Origin: Anthoceros angustus
Taxonomy: Eukaryota > Plantae > Anthocerotophyta
DNA: 64,000 nucleotides
Direction: 5' to 3'
Assembly: GCA_010909165.1 (NCBI GenBank)
Contig: VJWM01000227.1
Location: forward strand, 124,001-188,000
Below are positions 63,827 to 64,000 of the stretch, piece after piece; the first letter of the stretch is position 1; each line of letters opens with the position of its first letter. A program made the position numbers and the translations under genes. The notes under the pieces were generated by a model. That model saw only the letters and a program-made list of their open reading frames with translations, made no database searches and was not told the DNA's origin.

Positions 63827-64000
63827 CCCATCACAAGCCCTCTTTCAGGGCTAGGGCCAGCAGTAGTTTCCAGGGATCGAGACAGAAGTCAACGACGAGG
63901 CGAGAGCCACGACCTTCACGATGTTTTTGGGCTGAAGCGTTTCTGCTACCTATTTGGGTGAGGCATGGTCAGGGCAGGTTCTTCTGAGCAATAATTCGCT

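Overview
This is eukaryotic land-plant nuclear DNA with compact genes and short GT-AG introns. The PLS-PPR protein ending in a DRH-type DYW:KP domain points to a hornwort such as Anthoceros (inference). 1-10.4 kb is a patchwork of near-identical duplicated blocks joined at microhomologies, probably mis-assembly. It truncates a PPIP5K/VIH gene and splits a small plastid membrane-protein gene. 11.7-16.7 kb holds a NIP aquaporin, an SMP/LEA D-34 gene and a DUF707 gene. 17.4-38.6 kb is a nested transposon block: a Ty3/Gypsy element interrupted by a Ty1/Copia element and an orphan-ORF element, then a 3.6-kb unit with ~0.83-kb inverted arms, then minisatellites. 39-57 kb is a dense gene run: chorismate mutase, RbcX, rhodanese/PpiC STR12, a ~1390-aa PPR-DRH protein (candidate U-to-C RNA editing factor), a clavaminate-synthase-like dioxygenase, two more DUF707 genes and a second, AT-rich NIP. 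58-64 kb contains a degenerate piggyBac-type transposase relic and an intronless CCCH zinc-finger (ZC3H15/Tma46-like) gene. Exon boundaries were read by eye and no database searches were run.
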